38,796 bases of DNA from the NCBI GenBank assembly GCA_048938445.1, contig JBHLME010000032.1:1-38796 (forward strand), read 5' to 3'. Below the pieces are notes generated by a model. It made no database searches. It was not told where the DNA came from and saw only the letters and a program-made list of their open reading frames with translations. A program made the translations under genes and the position numbers. Below, piece by piece: positions 37,811-38,796 of the stretch. This stretch comes from Promethearchaeota archaeon (GTDB taxonomy: Archaea; Asgardarchaeota; Lokiarchaeia; Sigyniarchaeales; SOKP01). Numbering within the stretch: the stretch's first letter is position 1; each line of letters starts with the position of its first letter.

Positions 37811-38796
37811 ATGAACATCTTTAAACAAAAAACAAAAAAAAAATTTATATCTATTATTTTCTTGACGTTATTGTTGATTAGTACCACTAATACTTCATTA
37901 TTTCTAAAAACTAATAGTGTAAATGATAATTCTAAAGATTATAACACACTTGGTAATTTGCAGGCTTCAGCACAAATTTCGAATATAACCCAATGGTTGA
38001 ACAATCCAAATTTTACCACTACAGCTTCTTGGTATGCAACTACAGGTGGAACAGATCCTCAAGATTTAGATCTCAACTTGGATACTACACTAGAACAAGC
38101 AAATTATACAATAATTGGTGATTCGTATACTTATTCTGACATTTCTGGAACTCCAACTGCTGCGGGAGGGTGGGTTAAATCAACAAATCCATACTATCCA
38201 AATGAACCAGATGATATAGCCGAACTTAGACCCGAAGGGGCTTATGCTAGCCATACATGGTCTGAATCCGCCGATCAACAAGTAGCAGTCCAATGGGATA
38301 AACCTATAGAAATGGGATTTAACATGTCTGATTATGATGTGATTTCAGCCTCTCTCAGCATTACTGTAAACGCAACGGTCGAAGCGTATCATGGAACTGA
38401 TGGTTCTGATAATAATCGATGGCCAGGTCAACATGGTGTTGAAGTAGCTGGTGATGATACAAGTGATAATCAGGATGATACTTCGGGAACTCAATTTAAT
38501 ATTGGTGATTTTGCCAAATTTTACGTAAGCTTTTCAGATCAAGATAAAACTAAAACCTATTATGATGTAATCTCATATATAAACTCAACTTTAGGACGAG
38601 ATGAACCTGATTATAATAGGTATGATTATATGCCTGATCATGTTGTAGTACTTGATGATGAAAATGATTTAATCTTCATTTTAAATAACCTATTCCATTC
38701 TTACAACAATTACAACATTACTATAACAATCGGTATATTTATTAATTGTGAGGATAATTTTTGGTCTGATGATGATGATTTTGATGAATTAATCAT
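37811..38796 (+). CDS. 3'-truncated cell-surface glycoprotein, paralog of 25856-31054; missing from the ORF track
   Basis: From ATG 37811 (or 37802) the frame reads MNIFKQKTKKKFISIIFLTLLLISTT... and stays open to the window end. NTLGNLQASAQISNITQWLNNPNFTTTASWY aligns with NTLQNLKSSSQSSKEWLTNGGFTTTSDPWY. GVEVAGD aligns with GVEVPGD, and ITIGIFINCE with ITLGIDIYCE. Confidence 0.85.
   Translation, partial: MNIFKQKTKKKFISIIFLTLLLISTTNTSLFLKTNSVNDNSKDYNTLGNLQASAQISNITQWLNNPNFTTTASWYATTGGTDPQDLDLNLDTTLEQANYTIIGDSYTYSDISGTPTAAGGWVKSTNPYYPNEPDDIAELRPEGAYASHTWSESADQQVAVQWDKPIEMGFNMSDYDVISASLSITVNATVEAYHGTDGSDNNRWPGQHGVEVAGDDTSDNQDDTSGTQFNIGDFAKFYVSFSDQDKTKTYYDVISYINSTLGRDEPDYNRYDYMPDHVVVLDDENDLIFILNNLFHSYNNYNITITIGIFINCEDNFWSDDDDFDELI

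Overview
AT-rich (about 30% GC by eye) archaeal chromosome segment that looks like Asgard archaea (Lokiarchaeia). The evidence is AGGTGA ribosome-binding sites, a geranylgeranyl reductase, a Roadblock-Rab-like GTPase fusion, longin-like proteins and a eukaryote-type SECIS. The ORF track misses or splits several real genes. (1) 2082-4494 is a selenoprotein operon: hdrA (two in-frame UGA at conserved Cys positions) and mvhD/vhuD (two in-frame UGA, absent from the track). One eukaryote-like SECIS hairpin (4499-4573) follows, then an esterase, an FdhB/FrhB-like protein, an FwdF-like polyferredoxin and a class I GAPDH. (2) 9-23 kb holds ester/lipid-catabolic genes: a carboxylesterase, an epoxide-hydrolase-like enzyme, a second HSL esterase, two acyl-CoA dehydrogenases plus EtfBA, and GGR. 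It also has an HxlR regulator, a methyltransferase pseudogene and a lone HerA-like ATPase. (3) 23.4-38.8 kb carries a twice-repeated module in which a ~415-aa longin-like + tandem winged-helix protein is transcribed divergently from a large surface glycoprotein. Two related coiled-coil/wHTH proteins and a Roadblock-GTPase-pseudoGTPase fusion accompany it. This is the best candidate for an undescribed surface-to-GTPase signalling system. No rRNA, tRNA, CRISPR array or transposase was recognised. All domain calls are motif reading by eye, not database searches.
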